Shown here piece by piece: positions 26,767-42,075 of a DNA stretch of 64,000 nucleotides; within the stretch, counting starts at the first letter, position 1, and each line of letters starts with the position of its first letter. The notes below the pieces were generated by a model. It was not told where the DNA came from and made no database searches. It saw only the letters and a list, made by a program, of their open reading frames with translations. Where the stretch lies: the NCBI RefSeq assembly GCF_009914755.1, contig NC_060928.1; one strand, written 5' to 3'. The stretch is from the human T2T-CHM13v2.0 reference genome, Homo sapiens. The position numbers and the translations under genes were made by a program.

Positions 26767-29700
26767 GTCACCTTCTCAATGAGGCTGACCTACTCTAACA
26801 ATCATATTTGTAACTGAGCCTGTCCCATTCCCTATCTCCTCTCATTCCTCATTTCTTTTATTCTACTCTTTTCCCATTCTCTTTCACATGTTAACATACT
26901 GATATATAATATATATGCTGCTAATTTGTTTTTTATTTTTATTATTTTATTACTGTTTTATTATTTATTTACCCCTACTAAAATATAGATGCCAGAGCAA
27001 TAATTTTTGTCTATTTTTTTTCGCTGATGTATTCCCAGCTTTAAGAATGGCAATACGTTAGGCCATTAATAAATATTCATTGAATTGAAAAGAACAGATG
27101 AGTAGGAGGCTCATCACTCCTAAAGGCATCCCATTCTATTTTAGAGAGGCCCTAATTGGAAAAAGTGCTTTCAAATTCCACTCATTCCTAGCTTTGTTCT
27201 CAGAGTCTCAGAACTAACCAACTATCTTTTCCAAACAGTGGCTCCACATGTATTTGACAGAAGCCTTCATGTCACTCCTGTCTTTCCTAGTTGTCGCAGC
27301 TGTTTCTCATTTGCTATGCTTTTCAGAACTTTCAAAAAGGTGAATGGAGAAGGGAACGCCCATGGACCATGGCCATGCACCAGGCAGAAGGGAACTCACC
27401 AATGTTCAGGATATGGCTTGGCCAAGGCAGAAACTGTGGGACTGTATCGGCTCCCCAAGTCTGAACACCCTCTTCTGTAACTGAAACTGATGTTTACATC
27501 AGCCTTCTGTGCTAGACTTTTCAAATGGCTGGCTTCCGTTGAACTTGAAATCAACTTGAAATGAACTGGATCACTTTAATAGACATTTTGTTAACCCAAG
27601 ACTCCCTTATCACCTATCCTATCCCTAAGGGGAAAAATGTACTTAGATATCACTCTAGATACTCCCTTCCCAATCCTTTTTGGGGGCTCCAAATGGCAAC
27701 CCAAGAACCAATCCCACTCACTTCTATTCCTTGTTACAATTTCCCAAAACAAAATCCTGTTCAAACTTAAGGCCGTCTTTTATTTAGAAAGATGGTTTAG
27801 ATGCCAACGGTGGGAATTTACTTTCAATGTTAATAAAGTCCACTGTGTTTGAATAGTTACTATACTGTGAATAAATCAGTTTACCTCAAATCCTGGTTTG
27901 GATGTGGTACTTGAATAAATGAATATGGGTATAAATTATTAATCTGCATATTTATCCTAGGTTTTTTTTCTCTTTTCTTGCAAATTTAATCAGAACTTTT
28001 TCTATTGAGAAGAACCTTGTACTTTTTAACATTTTATAAATAATTTGGTTGAAAGGAAATATATTTTAAATACAACTATCCAAACAAAAGAAAATTTTTG
28101 CTGTATTCATTTTAGTGTTATCTCATTATAGTGTTATCCATCCTGAATATATTCAGTTTGTGTATTACAGCACAGGGTATCTGTCAATTGATTCATTGAT
28201 ATCAGTATACACTCTGATTCTGCTTTATCTGATTTCTTAGCCACTCTGAGCCTCAATTTCATTATTTGAAAAAAGGGATTAATAATACCCATCTGTCATA
28301 GGACTGATGTATTTCATAAAGTGACATAAACAGCTAATACTGGATACATTCTTTAATAAATGGCAGCTCTTTCATCATTAGGCAGCCCTATTAAAAGAAT
28401 TAAGGTAAATATGATGCACTTGGGGCTGACATGTTCTTTGTGGATAAACTGACCATTAAAGAACACCTAATCTAATAACCTTATTTCCCAGAGAAAGACA
28501 CTGCAGTTCAAAGAGGTTAAATGATGTGCTCAGGTCCACACAGCTATTTATTGACAGAATGAGTCCAGGTTGTCAGACTCCAGTTCCTTCCATTACATCA
28601 CCCTCACTTATCTTACTGTGCCTATGCTATGTGGCAGTTTTCTTGTCTACCTGCTCATAAATCATCTGTTTAATAACCCACCTGTGAATTTCACACCAAG
28701 CTATAGTATAATCTGTCATCTTACTGTTTTAATAAATTCAGAACAGCATTTGCCCTATTCATTACTTCTGACATTTCTCCAACCAGCTCTCTAAGAAATT
28801 ACTGAGAGTGTTTCCTTGATCACATTTCCCAGTTTCTTCAATGTTCTGTCATGTAATTTATCTAGGATGTAGATTTGAGTTCTTTTAAAAATAGGTACAT
28901 GCTCTTTTGCTATCTACTTACTTATCGTGGATATTTATTTTCACTCTAACCATCTTTGCCCTTTTTAATTGAGAGAGCACTTTTCAAGGTCTAGACGACT
29001 AAAACAAAATAAACACTGAAGACTTCTGGTTTTCCTCTGCCCTTCATTAAGCCTATCATCAACTCTCCCTTTCTTTTTCAGCTTCTTGTTCTGGTAATCT
29101 CTCTGTTAGCTCTTCAGTCAGCTTATTCTACCCTTTATCTTTCCCAATGTGAATTGTATGGGTCTAAATTATTTGTAAGAATGTGTCTTTTGTGACATTT
29201 CTTCCCATAAATCTGGTAATTTTAAACTGGGATAATCCTACATTCCCTGCATAGGAACTGTTTACTTGGGATATCCTTCTCTTTTTTCCTTACAGGATAA
29301 TTAGATGTTAGTATCACAGTTGTGCTTCTTAAAGTCGGCCTGGAATGTGTATTTCTCATATTTTGATTTTCCAGCATCCACCTCACTTCTCCAAATGGCA
29401 ACACAATTTCTTTTTAGAATATTAACTCTTCCCCACTGTGGGCAGGTTAGGTAAGAACTCCTACTTAGGAGGACAAAGCAGTAATAGGTGAGATCCTCTC
29501 TAGTGTTGAAAGGTTGAATGCAGATGGAAGAGAGGTTTGGGATGGTGTGGTCACGTGCTCACCAGATCATAAGTGCTAATAGGTCACTGCTGAGTTATGG
29601 CTGCTGACCTCTGAGCTCCCTTGGTCGCTTTCTGTTGTAGGTCCATTTCTTCAGCTTCACGCTGATCCTGTGAGCCTTCAACATCCTTCCAATACATTCT

Positions 29701-30574
29701 CTTCTCTTAAGTTACTTAGCTGTCAACTGTTGCTTGCAACGAAGTAGACTTATTTGATATACTTCTCTTTTGCTACCTTATTCTCTGGAAGGTAGGTTTT
29801 TTAAAAATGTAGTGTACTATGGGCTATGTTCTCTCTGTGTGTACTGTTAACTATAAGATTAGACAGTCCCCAGTCCTACTACTATAGTTTGCCTCCACTG
29901 CTGCTTCCATTTCTACTATGTCTGACTCTTGGGATAGAAGCTACAATTATTTTATTTTGCCTACTGGATTAGGAACAATTGCTTTGGTTTAATATCTACT
30001 GCCTTCCATTCTCAACTTAAATCATTTATACAACTCTATTGCCCAAAACATGGACCTTTTGCTCTCACTGAGAACAGTGTTCACTCTCCTATCCACTCAG
30101 CCACCACCACACAGAGCAAGTCTTAATTCAAAGAGAAACAAGACTACATTATTTCTAAACATGATGCTTGAAAATTGAAAACAGTTTGGGCAGTGTTCGT
30201 ATTCACTTTAGTGTGTAACAGGGACTTTTAAAAGGATCTGAATGGAAAGGACAGAATGAAAAAAACCTGAGTCTTTAACCGTAGAGAAGATTTAAAACAT
30301 TATTAATTTAGAAAATAGTATAATGAGGTATAATTGCATGAAAGTATCTAATGATAATAATTACTCTGTGAACAATTTGTTCCAAGGTTGTTGAAAAACA
30401 ATGTGAATAGACACATTGCAGTTTCATAAAGGAAAGTTTACTTGATGCAACCACTGTTTGAAATAATGGTCTAACAGATTATAAAACAATCTGGCATGTA
30501 ATTACCTTAATTTCATGTGCCAAATAAACAAATCATATTCAAACAGTCTATGCGCCCTTGTCCCAATACAACCT

Positions 30575-30667
30575 GTAGGGTCCATAGGCACAGACCTGGG
30601 GGTGGAGCTCTAGCCAGGGACCATGTCCTTCTCTTCCCAGCACTTCCCTGCCCCTCTTCCTGTATCA
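30575..30667 (-). mobile_element. LTR1-like (ERV1) 5' fragment
   Basis: Minus strand tgatacaggaagaggggcagggaagtgctgggaagagaaggacatggtccctggctagagctccaccccc. Confidence 0.55.
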
Positions 30668-30669
30668 TT

Positions 30670-31500
30670 AATATATAGAAACGTGATTGTGTCTTTATCT
30701 TATATGCTGTGACCTTGCTGAACTCACTTATTACCTCTAGGTGTTTTTGTAGCTTCTTTGGAATTTTCTACATAGAAAATAATGTCATCTGCAAATACAC
30801 TTGTATTTCTTCCTTTACAATCTGCATATGGTCACTTATTGTCCTTGTTTCTCTTAGTGGTTTTACTTTGAGTGCAATTTTGCATAAGAGTGGTGAGAAG
30901 CAGATATCTTTGACTTGTTCTCAATCTTAGAAGAAAAACATTCCGTCTTTCACCGTAAAATATGATGTTAGCTGTAGGTTTCTTGTAATGCTCTTATCAA
31001 ATTCAGAAATCTCTGTATTACTAACTTGCTGAGAATTTTTGTCATGGATGGGTGTTGAAATTTGTCAAGTGTTTTCTTAATTGGTGTAATCATATGATTT
31101 TTTTCTTCTTTAGCTTGATGGATATGGTAGATTACACTGATTTTGGAATTTGAGCCAGCCTTGCATACCTGGAATAAATCCTACTTCATCATGATGTATA
31201 ATCCTTTTTATACATTGTTGGATTCTGTCTGGTATTATATTGATATTTTGTGTGCCCATGTTCATAAGAGCTATTCGTTTGCAACTTTCTTTCTATTGAA
31301 CTGTCTTTCTCTGGTTTAAGTGTCAGGGTAATGAAGGCCTCATAAAGTAAGTTGGGAACTATTTCTTCCAATTCTGTTTTCTGGAAGAGTTTGTGTAAAA
31401 TTGGTGTTAATTCTTTTTTAAATGGCAAAATTCTCCAGTGAAATCACCTGGGTTTGGAAATTTCTTTCTTGAGAGCTTTTCAATTATAAATTCAACTTTT
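30670..31500 (-). mobile_element. Old L1 ORF2 fragment
   Basis: ORF 31189..31428(-) FKKELTPILHKLFQK...YEAFITL is L1 ORF2. Confidence 0.85.
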
Positions 31501-33121
31501 TTATTTCTTACATTAAAAAATGTTTTTATCAAAGAATTATGAGCATGTGGTTTAAAATCAGAAAGGCTACAATAAAAAAGAATAGGTGCCTGCCTATTTC
31601 CCATAAACCACTTTTTTTTAATTCTACTGCTGGGGGCACTACCATCTCTAAATAAATTGCCTTATACAGCTTTTCTTTTGATTTATTGATTTCAGATGAT
31701 AGATATAGATTACCTTCTTGGGTAGATGGGCTATTGGTTCACTTTTGTCATTTCCCACTGTTGCTTCTCCCACAGCTTCTAATTTTCTTACAGTTATAAC
31801 ACTGTCTTCAATAATTTATTTGGAAAGGTTTTAGGGGATGTATTTCTTAAACTCTAGCATGTAGTTTCTTCTATTTTGACGCTTAAAGTAATACATTAAC
31901 GCCCTCTCCATTAGTCTATTAACTTCCAACAGTTTATCTTGCCCCCCACTTGTGAGATGATACCTCATCTCTGTACCTCTCTCCTCCTATTTTCGCATTC
32001 TTCTTTCTCCAAATGTCTTTTATCTATAACTTTACATTTACTCTGTCAAGACTGATAGTTTTTCATTCTGTTCCACAGGATATTAAGTATTCTTCCCTTG
32101 GCCTACTTTTTAATTATAAAAGATTAAAACCATAAACAGCATTTTATTTACCATGACTAATATTAACTACAAAGCCAATGTGTATGTTTTAAATACATCT
32201 CCCTTTCAGTGACTTTATAGTCAAGATCCTTGTGAATATATTTATGTCTCTAAAGCATACCTTATTTTAATCTGCTTTTTATATGGATATAACTTTTTTA
32301 TAGAGTATTTTTATTTAATTTTTCCTGGAATTTTGGGTTGTATTTCTTTTTTCTAGCTGGAAGAAGAAGATATATCTTCTTCACCACAGTATAGTAGTTT
32401 AGAGTATAGGCTCTAGAATTGGGCTGTCTGAGTTTGAATCATGGGTCCATCACTTGCTAACTGTGACCTAAGGCAAATTATCTTACTTCACTGTGTCTTG
32501 GGTTTTCTTATCTATAAAATGTGGATGATAATAACAGTACTTCCCTCATAGGACTCTTGAAGGATTAATGAGAAAACAAGCCTACTGTGTTTAGGCCAAT
32601 GTCTAGTACTATGTGAAAATGCATTAGCTATTCTTATTATCATCATCATCATTTTTACTATTACATATCAACTTTTAACATCACATATATTCTGCTTGGG
32701 ATCAATTCAAGTGTTTGTTCTTTTAAGACTTCCTTCTAGAAGACCACTGACTTCCAATTTTGATGACTGCAGTTTGTGTTTTGCTTTGTTTTATTTTTAA
32801 TGACTGCTCTATAGCTGTCATCATTAAATTCATTTTCAATCAATTTCTTCTCCGGTTTCTTTAATTTCATGGCTTCTCATTTCTTGTATTTTACCTATAT
32901 TTTGCATAATATTTTTCAAGTAACTTCTTCAAAATAATAAGGAAAGTAAGCTCTTTACATTCTTATATATCTTAAAATGGCTGTAGTTTGACTTAAATTC
33001 AACATCATCTGCCTTTAGAATGTTGAAGACCTTACTTTATTGACTTTTAGCATACACTGTTGGTGCTAACCTGTCTATATTGTCAGCTTGATTTTTGCTC
33101 CCTTATAAATATCCTGGTTAC

Positions 33122-33539
<418 letters not shown>

Positions 33540-35294
33540 TTACTCTTTTTCCATAGCCCTGTGTGTGCCTTTTACATTTGGCAACTCTCAGTCCTTTACC
33601 TCTGTGTTTTAATTTGTTCCTTTAAAAAATAACTCCTGTTGATCAGATATTGGAATTCCTGGATTGATCCTCCTATGTTTATACCTTTTATATACAGATA
33701 TAGATATAGATACAGATTTGCCTATTTGCTCCACATTATGGAGATGTTCTTGTTTTTGTCTTCCAACTCTTCTAATTTATATATAATTTCAGCAATATTT
33801 TTATTTTCAAAAGCTTTTCTTGCTCCTAAAATAATTTCTTTTCAGAGAAGCTTGTTCTTGATTTATGAAGTCAGTCTCATCTTAAATCCAGACACATACC
33901 CCCCATTTAATATCATAAACCCCTTCCTGAAAATGAGATATTCTATGTGGAAATGTGCCCTCGTCACCGATTTCCTATTGTTTAAAAGGCCAAATTAAAC
34001 ATCTACCAGATTTCATTAAGTATAACTAAAACATAGGAAAGCCAGCATTTAAAATATAAAATCCTAAAATATTGGCCCCTGATTACAAAACAATTAGAAT
34101 GGTTATCAAATTGTTCATATGCATGCTACTCTGTATCAATAACATGCCCATTTTTCATGGTACGTCATAAATATTTTTCTCCAATAAGGCATAGCTATCA
34201 GCATACAGCAATTTATACATGCAATAGAAAAATGCAGGTAAAATTTACAATGAAAATAGGGCAATCACCTGGGATGATCCGTTACTCCTGAAGAAAAAAG
34301 CAAACTGGAAACTTGAAGAAAGTGGAAAGGGAAGGATGGTTAAAATGTAGTTATTGTCAAGGCCTATGGAAAGTGACATCACAGGTGAGTTGGATGACAA
34401 AAAGGGCAATTTCATGCAAGAAACAGGCAGAGATTCTTTGTCATTTTCATTGGGTAGGGACTTGTAAATGATGAATGGATCTTCAGGGGATGCAGGTGTC
34501 ATTTTAGGATGAAAAACTACAAAATCAAACTTTACTTAACTCTCTTCAAGTTTATGTTTATAGAATTTTTGGCACAGTGTTAGAAGAGTCAGGCACTCAC
34601 AGTCCACCAAGTTCAAGGATAATATTCTTCACTGTATTTGTTTAGTCCCCATATTATTTTCAGCGAGCGGTGTCTGGTGGTTTGATTGAAGGCTCTCCCC
34701 GTTATCACTATGATCAACTATTTCAGATTGACATTCTGAACAAGTTTAGTACTTGATTTCTCAGCATGACATTTAAAGAATCCATCAATATCTTTTTCAA
34801 TCTCTTTTCAAAACAAGTCTTCTTTGCAAGAGTAACAATCACAAAGAATGGTTTACATTGAATAAAATGATATGATGCCTCTCTTAGTGTCAACATTCGG
34901 CACATGCATCCCTTTGTGAACACTGGACATGCTTTTCAAAACAACTACTTGTGATTTTGATGTATTTGGAAGGTATTTTATTTTTGGAAGGTAGCTTGAT
35001 ACTTTTCCTATATATCATTTTTCTTATAATATTAGATTATTGAGTTTGGGCACATAAACTTTTCTTATATAAATATCAGCTAAAAGGTCGCTGTTGAGTG
35101 ATATATTCATTGCAGAAGTTTGAGACTTATAAGCCAATACTAATTCCACTGGGAAAATGTCAAATGAGGAGACATTCTTATGGATATGTTTTTATGTATA
35201 AAAATACTAATTAGAGTTTATTTCCAAATTCCCTTCTATGATTAACCATTTCTTCCAGGTTTCATTTATTCGTTTGTTTTGTTCTCCTTTATTC

Positions 35295-35400
35295 TTGGGC
35301 TTAATACCTAGGTGATGGGTTGATCTGTGCAGCAAAACACCATGGCATACGTTTACCTGTGTAACAAACCTGCACATCCTGCACATGTACAATAAAAGAA
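35295..35400 (+). mobile_element. Short older L1PA 3' fragment
   Basis: gggcttaatacctaggtgatgggttgatctgtgcagcaaaacaccatggc...cacatgtac. Confidence 0.75.
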
Positions 35401-36874
35401 AGAAGGAAAGACAGCTTTCCTCAACTGTCTGACAATCCTTGGTTGTCCTTTCAGATTTTAGAATGGGACAGATTGAAAGACCACTAGCTGCTCCGTGTAC
35501 AGGTAGGAGCTGTCCCCTGGAAAACTTTGACTTAGGATGAGTGGGTCTTGATATTGTGAGTCTCACAAATATCAGACTTTTAGGTTTTACTTTGTGGGAG
35601 CCACAGCTCATATGAATTCTGTAGTTCTCTTCAGAGTGCTTCCTTCAATCACTTTGTAAGAACTGTTTGTGTGTATATTCGCAGCAAAAACAAGTTCCCT
35701 AGTGCACAATTTTGTCTATACTGGTATGTTTCTTCTAATTTTCATTATTTTAATAGCTACAAATACAGCTTTAGAAAGGTAACTGAGTTGCTTAAACTTT
35801 CCACTAATGACAAAAATTAGATTTTCAAATAATAGAATAAAATGAGCCTGGGTTAAACATTAGGACAGTAAAGCAGAAATCAGAAATAATGGGGTTTCAT
35901 TATGTTTATAATGTTAAAATAACCCATCATGAAGTAATAATGGAAGGAATATTTTTGTATACCAGGAAAGAAATGGAAAAACTTTAGGCATTAGAAAGAA
36001 TTTCTTGAATGTGATGGTAATCAGGCAACAAAGCACATCATAAAGTGAACTTCCTCAGAAATGCTTAATAAAATATTAGGAGTACTTATGTAATTTATGT
36101 ACTCAGTTGTTCACCAAAGATACAACTCCGAGTTAGTATAAAGTAATGTAAAAAAAAAAAAGAATGTTTAAATAAATTGGGGTATGCCAATATAATGCAA
36201 ATCATTCAATCATTAATAATATTTCAAAAGATATTTAACAATGCAACCAAAAAATGAAATTAAACAGTAAACAAATAATATATTCATGTACAGACATAGA
36301 CAAACACTAAGAGGTTTCTATTTTGCTACAAATGTATGTGGGAAAAACTTAAATACACTAAATTTAATGCACTGATGTGATCATCATAATTCTCTCTGGC
36401 GGTTGGAATAAATATTTTTTGTTTTCTTTACATGTATTTGTTCTATACATTCATTAGAATGTTTTGGATTATGAGTTAAAAATTCAATTCAACTGGTTTA
36501 AACAACAAGGGAAATGTATTATCTAACATAAAAATAATTTCAGAGGTAGGGCAGTAACAGAGTCATAAATGCCACAGCTGAATGACTTCACTACAGTTCT
36601 GAGTTCTTTCCACTGGATTTCTTTATCCTCCTCAGTGTGGTTTGCTTTGTACTTATGATTGTCACTTTGGCAAATAAGATGACTGCAGTATCTCCAAGCA
36701 CTGCATCTCAAAAAAGATTCAAAGACCAAAAGCAGAAAACGAAGTATGTACTTTCTCAAGCCCTTCATAAAAGTAAGGAAAACCTCAGACTTTATGGCAA
36801 GAATGTATTACATGCTCATTTAAAAAATCATCACTGGCAAGGGGAATTGAAGTTAAAACACTGGCCTAATTTTT

Positions 36875-39800
36875 TAAAAGTTATTTTTAATTATAATGAA
36901 TACATAATGGTTATACATATTTACCAGGTACATGTGATGTTTTGATACAGGCATACAATATGTAATGATCAAATCATGGTCACTGGGGTATTCGTCACAT
37001 CAAGCATTTATCATTTCTTTGTGTTAGGAACATTCCAATTCCACTCTTTTCGTTATTTTAAAATATACAATAAATTATTGTTAAACATAGTCACCCTATT
37101 GTGCTACCAAATACTACATTTTATTCATTCTATTTGTGTTTTTGTATCCTTTAACCATCCCCTCTTCACTACCCTTTCACACTACCCTTTCTCTGGTAAC
37201 TATCATTCTACTCTATCTCCAAAAGTTCATTTTTTTTCTTTCGTTCCCACATATGAGTGAGAACACGTGACATTTGTCTTTCTGTGCCTGCCATATTTCA
37301 CTCAACATAATGTCCTCCAGTTCCATCTATGCTGTTCTGAATAACAGAACTTCATTTCTTTTTATGGCTGAATAATATTCCATTGTGTGCATGTACCACA
37401 TATTCTTTATCAATTCATCCATTGGTGGATATTTAGGTTGATTCCATATCTTGGCTATTGTGAAGAGTGCTGAAATAAACATGGGAATGCAGCTATCTCT
37501 TCAATATATTGATTTCCTTTCTTTTGGATGTATACTCAGCAGTGGGACTGCTGGATTGTATGGTAGTTTTATTGTCAGTTTTGTGAAGAACCTCCATACT
37601 GTTTTCCATAGTAGCTATATTAATTTACATTTCCACCAACAGTGTATGAGGTTTCTGCTCTCTCCCCATCCTGGCCAGCATTTATTATTGCCTCTCTTTT
37701 GGATGAAAGCCATCTTAACTGGGGTAAGATTCTATCACATTGTGGTTTTCATTTGTGGTTCTCCAATGTTAGTGATGTTGAGCATTTTTTTCATATAACT
37801 GTTGGCCACTTGCATGTCTTCTTTTGAGAAATATCTATTCAGATCTTTTGCCCATTTTAAATCAGATTGTTTATCTCCTATTAAACTGTTTGAGCTCCTT
37901 CTATATTCTAGTTTCTAATCCTTTGTCAGATGGGTATTTTGCAAATATTTCCTCCCATTTGTGGGTTACGTTTTCACTTTGTTGACCGTTTCCTTTGCTG
38001 TGCACAAGCTTTTTAGCTTGATGTGATCCCATTTGTCCATTCTTGCTTTGGTTGCCTGTGCTTTTGAGGTTTTACTCAAGAAATCTTTGCCCAGATCAAT
38101 GTTCTGGACTGTTTACCCAGTGTTTTATTCTAGTTATTTTACAGTTTTAGGTCTTAGATTTACATTTTTAATCCATTTTTGATTGATGTATAATGGCAAG
38201 AGATAGGGGTCTAGTTTCATTCTTCTGCATATTGATAACCAGTTTTCCAGCATCACTTATTGAAGAGACTGTCCTTTCCCTAGTATATGTTCTTGGTACC
38301 TTTGTCAAAAATAAGTGACTGCAAATGCATGAATTTATTCCCGGGTTCTTTATTCAGTTCAATTGGTCTATGTGTCTCTTTTTCATGCTAACACCTTGCT
38401 GTTTTGATTCCTATAGTTTTGCAGTATAATTCGAAGTCAGATCGTGCGGTTTTTCCACCTTTGTTCTTTTTGCTCGGGATGGCTTTGGCTATTCTGGATC
38501 TTTTGTGGTTCCATATGAATTTTAGGATTGTTTTTTCTATTTCTGTGAAGAATGCCATTGATATTGTGAGAAGGATTGTATTTAATTTGTATATTGCTTT
38601 GGGCAGTATGAACACTTAATAGTATTGATTCTTCCAACCCATGAACATGGCATATTTTCCATTTTTTTTGTGTGTGTCCTCTTCAGTTTCTTTCACCAAC
38701 TTTTTATAGTTTTCATTGTAGAAATCTTTCACTTCTTTGGTTCTGATAGTTTTTTGGTGGAGTCTTTAGATATTTTTTAAATTTCAGATCATATTATCTG
38801 CAAACAAGGATAATTTGACTTTTTCCTTTTCAATTTGGATGTCATTTATTTCTTTCTCCTGTCTAATTGCTCTGTCTAGGACTTCTAGTTCTATGTTGAA
38901 AAAAAGAGGTGAAAATGAGCATCTTTTTCTTGTTTCAGATCTTAGAGGAAAGGCTTTCAGTTTCCCCATTCAGTATGATACTAGTTGTGAGTTTGTCATA
39001 CATGGTTTCTATCATGTTGAATATGTTCCTTCTATACCCAATTGTTTGAGAGATTTTATCATGAAAGATATTGCATTTTATCAAATGCTTTTTTGGTATC
39101 TATGAAAAAATTTCATATGATATGAAATGATCATATGGTTTTTGTCCTCCATAGTGTTGATATGATGTACCACACTGATTGATTCTCATAGGTTGAACTA
39201 TCCTTGCATCCCAGAAATAAATCCCACTTGATCATAATAAATCATCTTTTTAATGTGTTGTTGAATTTGGTTTTCTAGTATTTTGTTAGAGGTTTTTGCA
39301 TCTATGCTAATCAAGGATATTGGCCTGTAGTTTTTCTTTTTTCGTTGTGTCTTTGCCTGGTTTTTGTTTTGGGGTTATACTGACTTTGTGGTATGAGTCT
39401 GGAAGTATTCCTTCCGCTTTGATTTTTTTGTAACAATTTGAGTAGAATTGGTATTAGTTCTTCTTTAAGTGTTTGGTAGAATTCAGCAGTAAAGCCATCA
39501 GGTCCTAGACTTTTCTTTGATGAAAGACTTTTATTACTGCTTTTGTCTCATTATTTGTTGCTGGTCTATTCGGCTTTTGGATTTCTTCATGGTTCTATCT
39601 TGATAGGTTATAGGTGTCTAGGAATTTATCCATTTCTTCTAGGACTTCTAATGTATTGTCATACAGTTTCTCATAACAGTCTCTAATGATCATCTGAATT
39701 TCTGTGGTATCAGTTGTAATGTCTCCCTTTTTGTCTCTTGTTTTATTTGAGTCACTCTCCTTTTTTCAGTCAGATTAAAGGTTAGTTGATTTTGTTTATC

Positions 39801-41220
39801 TGTTCAAGAAAACAACTTTTCCTTTCATTGATCTTTTGTGTTTTTTAAAAGTCTTAATTTCATTCTTTTCTGCTCTGATCTTTATTATTCCTACCTTCTA
39901 CTAATTTGGGGTTTGGTTTGTTCTTGTCTTTCTAGTTCTTTGAGATACATTATTAGATTGTTTATTTGAAGGTTTTCTGCTTTTCTGATGTAGGATTTTA
40001 TTAGTTTAAATTTCTCCCTTAACACTGCTTTTGATATATCCCGTAGGTTTTGGTATGTTGTGTTTCCATTTTCATTTGTTTTAAGAAATTTTAAAAAAAA
40101 CTTAAAAATTTCTTTATTGATGCATTGGTCATTGAGGGGCATACTGTTTAATTTCCACGTGTTTTTATAGTTTCTAATGTTCCTCTTGTTATTGATTTCT
40201 AGTTTTATTCCATGGTGGTCAGAGAAGATACTTGATATAATTTCATTTTTCAAAAAAATTTTGAGACTTGTGTTGTGGCCCAACATATGTCATAGCCTAG
40301 AGAGTGTTCCATTACTGAAGAGAAGAATGTGTAGCTGCAGCTGTTGAATGAAATGTTCTGTAAATATATATTAGATCCACTTGATCTATAGTGCAGACCA
40401 AGTCTGACATTTTTTTGGTTGATTTTCTGTTTAGATGATCTCTCCAGTGTTGAAAGTGAGGTGTTGAAGTACCCAGCTATTACTGTATTGCAGTCTATCT
40501 ATCTCTGTCTTTAGCTCTAATAACATTTGTTTTATGTATCTGGGTGTTCCAATGTTGCTTAATTTTTAAAAAATTATTTCAATCTCTTTGTTAAATTTCT
40601 CTGATACAATTCTGAATTCCTTCTCTGTGTTATCTTGAGCTTCTTTGAGCTTCCTCAGAACAGTTATTTTGAATTCCCTGTCTGAAAGGTCACAAATCTC
40701 TGTCACTCCAGGACTGGTCACTGGTGCCTTATTTAGTTCATTTGGTGAAGTCATATTTTCTTGATGTTTGTGAACATTTGTCAATCCTGGGCATTGAAGA
40801 GTTCAGTATTTATTCCAGTCTTCACAGTCTGGGCTTGTTTGTACCTATCATTCTTGAAAGGGCTTTCCACGTATTCAAAAGAGATTGAGTGTCATGATCT
40901 AAGCCTGTGGTCACTGCAGTCTTATCAGTACTAGGGGGCAGCCTAAGAGTACTGCAGACTCCTAGGTACACTGCTCTGATGGACTTGGGTAAGATAAGGA
41001 AGAATCCCTGAGCTACCAGACAAAGTCTCCAGCTCTCCTCTCTCTCTCTTTCCCCTAATCAGAAGGATATTCTCCATTATGGGCTGCCTGGAACTAGGGG
41101 AGAAGTGATGCAAGCACTCTCATGGCCTCCATAGCTGGCACTATGCTGGGTCACACCTGAAGCCAGCATAGTCCTGGGTCTTGTCCAGGGTCTCTGAATC
41201 CTACTGCTTGGCTCCACTAG
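36875..41220 (-). mobile_element. About 4.3-kb L1MA-type LINE-1 (3'UTR, ORF2, ORF1 N-terminal remnant, 5' region) with internal deletions
   Basis: ORFs 38388..38615, 38784..38969 and 39891..40286 are L1 ORF2 pieces. 40566..40784 (HQENMTSPNE...SDREFKITVLRKL) is ORF1. Confidence 0.92.
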
Positions 41221-41356
41221 GGCTGAGAGGGGGTCTATTCTTTCTTGAAGAATATGCCCACACAATACCTTGATCATACCAGGTTTCCGTTAGCAAAGAA
41301 TAATATCAAACAAGACCTAAATAAAGAGTTACTCTATACTAATGCACAGGGTGTTT

Positions 41357-41545
41357 GTATTAGTTTCCTACTGGTGCTGTAACAAAGTACCACAATCTTA
41401 GTGACTTAAAACAACACTAATCTATATGTTACAATTATGGAGGTCAGAAATTTGAAATGGGTCAACAGGGCTGTGTTCTTTCTAGAGGCTCTAGGGGAGA
41501 ATTCATTTCCTTGCCTTTTCTAGTTTCTAGAGGTTGTCTGCATTC
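41357..41545 (-). mobile_element. MLT1-family MaLR LTR fragment
   Basis: tgtattagtttcctactggtgctgtaacaaagtaccacaatcttagtgacttaaaacaac. Confidence 0.7.
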
Positions 41546-41911
41546 CTTGGCAGACAAGAGAGGATCATTGCTCATATGATAATGATAGCATATTATTAAT
41601 TAAATGCCATGGACCTGAGATCCTAAGAGAGAGCATGAAAGCAAGAATAGTCAAGAACGTAGGGGGTGGAAAGGAGAGAAAGAAAGAAGGCAGTCGAATA
41701 TTTCTGCAACAGAGATAAGGTAAAATAAAAAAAAATTTAAAGCCGTAACCAGGAATTCAGACCAGTCCCTATCTGCTGATCCAAACAGTAACTACCAGTT
41801 ACATTTTCAGCAGTCGCTCAAAGGCAGATATTCAGATTCCCTCCCAATTCAACTCCCTTCCCCTACACTGGGAATTCTAAGACGTAGCGCCAGATTCCAG
41901 GTCCTAGAAAG

Positions 41912-42075
41912 CACTGGTTCTTGACTTAGCTATATGTTGGAATAACCTGGGAGCTTGAAAAGAAATTGATATTTAGATCCACTCTGAAAGATTGTGAATT
42001 TTAGGGCATGCTTGGGGACTTAAGCTTTTTAAAGTTCCCAGGTGATTTAAATAGGCAGCAAAGCTTAAGAACCAA
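41912..42075. mobile_element. MER5-like hAT MITE
   Basis: gaataacctgggagctt... ttaaagttcccaggtgatt...aaagcttaagaacca. Confidence 0.55.
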
